Shown: positions 60,372-64,000 of the stretch, piece after piece
Position numbering within the stretch: position 1 is the stretch's first letter
Layout: every line of letters begins with the position of its first letter
NCBI GenBank assembly: GCA_964016885.1
Contig: OZ024749.1
Location: forward strand, 37,200,001-37,264,000
Length of the DNA: 64,000 nucleotides
Origin: Eledone cirrhosa
Taxonomy: Eukaryota
Direction of reading: 5' to 3'
Program-made: the position numbers and the translations under genes
Notes under the pieces: generated by a model
Seen by the model: only the letters and a program-made list of their open reading frames with translations
Told to the model about the DNA's origin: nothing
Databases searched by the model: none

Positions 60372-60475
60372 ATATATATATATGTGTGTGTGTGCCTGTC
60401 TCTCTGTCTGTGTGTGTAAATATATATATATATATATTTACACACAGACACACACATATATATATATATACATGT

Positions 60476-60510
<35 letters not shown>

Positions 60511-60809
60511 CAAACATATATATATATAATATATATATACATACTTACATACATAAATACATACATACATATATACATACATACATACATATATATATAC
60601 TACAATAATGGCATACATTTTAATAACTACAAAAAGGAAAAAGGGGTGAATTTGAAACGGAATAGATTTGTAGATTTGGATTAAGAATATTTTGACTTGA
60701 GGCCTGTCTTACCATGCTTAAAAGATTTCAGATAATGCAACAAGTAACGTTGGCTGAAAATCTTAAATTGATAAAATGTAGTGTGTACACTGGGTAATAT
60801 TTTCCGTAC

Positions 60810-61200
60810 GGTGGATTGGTAGTATCGGCAGAGCGTCCGACACCATGCTTTTCAGTATAGAGTTATAACCCTTTCCGTTCTGGGTTCAAATCCCATCGAG
60901 GTTGATAAAATAAAGGAACAGTAACGCACTGGGGTTGATTTAATCGACTTTCCTCTTGCCAAAAATGGATGGCCTTGTGCCTAAATCAGAACCCATTATT
61001 TTCGATGCAAGTGGTGGATTGGTAGTATTGGTAGAGGGTCGGACGCCATGCTTTGACGCTTGAGTTACGGCCCTTGCTATTCTGAGTTCAAATCCCGCCG
61101 AGGTTAACTTTGCCTTTCATCCTTACGGGGTCGATAAAATAAAGTACCAGTAATGCACTGGGTAATTGCTAGCCTTGTGCCTAAAGTAGAAACAATTATT
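60810..61200 (+). mobile_element. Two tandem Nin/Deu-like SINEs
   Basis: Family match. Confidence 0.85.
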
Positions 61201-61293
61201 TCTCAATTTTCAGTTTATTAATTTTCAGCAAAGTAAATGATAAACAGTAAATGATAAACAGTAAATGACGAACTTAGCAAGTAAATGATAAAC

Positions 61294-61726
61294 AAGCAAA
61301 TTATAAACGTAAACATGTAAGTATGTTTTTGAAACGGTGCGCGAGTTTGAAATTAGAAATTAGAAATTATAAGCTTTCACCATATTTTAAACTAAAGAAA
61401 TTTCTAGCCTGATAGTCGGGTTTATAACCCTCGGAGAAATGGAAAAAGATGAGCTAAGTTCATAGCTTCTAATTCGAATGGAAGGAGATGGGATGTGTAT
61501 TGGTGTAATGGTAGCACAGTGGTCTGGATAACCAAAGATGTGGGTTCGACTCCCATGTACGGCAACACTCATCTTTCTCCATTTCTCAGAGGGTTATAAA
61601 CCCGACTATCAGGCTAGAAATTTCTTTAGTTTAAAATATGGTGAAAGCTTATAATTTCTAATTTCTAATTTCAAACTCGCGCACCGTTTCAAAAACATAC
61701 TTACATGTTTACGTTTATAATTTGCT

Positions 61727-61727
<1 letters not shown>
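61294..61727. mobile_element. Family E fold-back element: 160-bp inverted arms around a tRNA-like loop
   Basis: Arms 61294-61453 and 61568-61727 (about 2 mismatches), 114-nt spacer. Confidence 0.75.
61494..61564 (+). pseudogene. tRNA-like sequence, probably not a functional tRNA
   Basis: A box TGGTGTAATGG, D stem, TGGT/ACCA arm and T arm GTGGG-TTCGACT-CCCAT. The acceptor stem is imperfect and the anticodon loop is atypical. Confidence 0.65.
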
Positions 61728-61769
<42 letters not shown>

Positions 61770-62014
61770 ATATATATATAGTTCATTGGCTGTGTATATA
61801 TATATAGTTCATTGGCTGATCGAACACGAAACCCGTGTCATTGGTGAATAAACATAATATTGATATTTTGATACCTCGTTCCTACTCCTTATATTATGCT
61901 TATATATTATATATATATATCTGTGTGTGTATGTGTATGTGTGTGTGAGATGTATGTATATAAATATATATATATATATAATTATGCACACCATCACGCA
62001 TACACATATACACG

Positions 62015-62068
<54 letters not shown>

Positions 62069-62559
62069 GTGTGTGTGTGTGAGTGTAGAACAACGTTAGA
62101 ATAAACGTCACAGAAATATTCCTCTAAACATGAAGCAAGGAGTAAATATTTTTTGGTGTGAATGATTTTAGTAATAGCAACGGTGCTTTGCTTGTATTTA
62201 TATAAGGTTAACAACAACAACAACAATACGAATAACATATGGTTAGAATATCGTTCAGTTTAAAACAACCGAAACACAGAGCCTCTACTCCTCCGCTGTT
62301 CGCTGCAAGTGTGACACACTACATTGTTTGAAGAAATGAAGAAATGCTGACAGACCGTATAAAAGAGAGTGGTGGGGGGAGAAGAGGTGGCAGAGAAGGT
62401 GGTGACGTGGTGATGGTAGAGGTGGTAGGGAGTGTCATCCCAGTACAGCATATTTCATATATATAAATATATATATATATATTTATATGTATGTATGTAT
62501 ATATATAAGTATATATACATACATTATGGTCCACCTGGTTCCTTACCACATTTCCTTCG

Positions 62560-62602
<43 letters not shown>

Positions 62603-62796
62603 TATATATATACACACATATACATATATATATATACATAAATATATATATATGTATATTTACGTATATGTGTATACATAAATATATATGCATACACACA
62701 CACACACGTACATATATATAAATAAGAGGAAAGCACGAACGGGGGATAATATTCCTTCATCAGTTGTCTACGGGAGATCATGGATATTTCTACCCA

Positions 62797-63245
<449 letters not shown>

Positions 63246-63449
63246 TACATCTTACTATCGCTTTTATCTGCTCCAACCGACTTGGTGTGGTCCTGCTGGG
63301 GCCACCATTATGGTTAAACCTCTCAGAGCCAACGTTCTTTTGTTGGCCATATATATATATATATGAGTGAATTTGTTGGTGCTGCCCTTCTTTCCACTTC
63401 GATTCGTGTCGTGAGTTCCTCTGGGATCATGGTTAGAAGTATGTCGAGA

Positions 63450-64000
63450 TGTTACATGAAACATCTACATTCACACCATGTAAATCTCACAGGTTTTGGG
63501 CAGCTTATTAAGGATCTGAGGTCATTTGAAAGCCAGACTATTGCGGTATCTGGTCTTTACTCTAGATGTGAAGTACAAGACTTTCAGAATCCTGTTCATG
63601 GGTTGTTCCATCTCTCAATGCCATATTTTGGTGCTAGTCATTCCTTTATCTTCCATATGTATATTACTGCCTGTCTCTCCCTAGAGCATTAATTCTTTCA
63701 GCTTCTCCCAGAAGCTCACCTCCTTCATTGAGGCAATCATTTTGGTGTGGCTTCATTGGATTACTTCAAGCTCTGCGGTTAGTTTGACACTGTGTATCGA
63801 ACACAGCTGAGAGCATTAGTCCAGTTGGATTAGGACGATTGACCTTCAGAGAACCAACATTGATCTAAAGAAAATCATCAGGTACAAGTTCAGAGTCATG
63901 CTTATTTCTGTTTGTAGAGAATGTGTGCTAAACCACATCTTGAACCTTAAAAGATGCTTGGGTTCACTTGGAACATGTTCTGTAACTCTGGACATAAACA
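63450..64000 (-). pseudogene. Decayed CR1/L2-group LINE C-terminal fragment
   Basis: Minus strand reads SQLD*CSQL..ELEVIQ*SHTKMI..VSFWEKLKEL..IYIWKI, matching the CR1-type LDYCS..LE.VQ..TK.I..SYWERL pattern. Confidence 0.6.

Overview
AT-rich, microsatellite-saturated animal genomic DNA with no recognisable intact host gene. The repeat content suggests an octopod cephalopod intron or intergenic region (inference). Almost all supplied ORFs are translations of simple repeats. Real coding remnants are all decayed retroelements: three Tx1/L1-clade LINE pieces, including a 3.4-kb EN-RT-zinc-finger copy, plus Dong/R4, RTE and CR1-like fragments. There are also about 25 tRNA-derived SINE copies and piggyBac-, pogo/Tigger- and hAT-type MITEs. 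The main unannotated signal is a set of short non-coding elements embedded in (TA)n tracts. They carry at least 14 manually foldable type I hammerhead ribozyme (HHR) motifs from about 7 sequence families. Several are built as fold-back palindromes with one HHR on each strand plus a one-sided tail. In four dissimilar families that tail starts with the same ACTC...GAGT hairpin. The architecture resembles Penelope-like element pLTRs or retrozymes. All folds were made by eye and need computational and biochemical confirmation.
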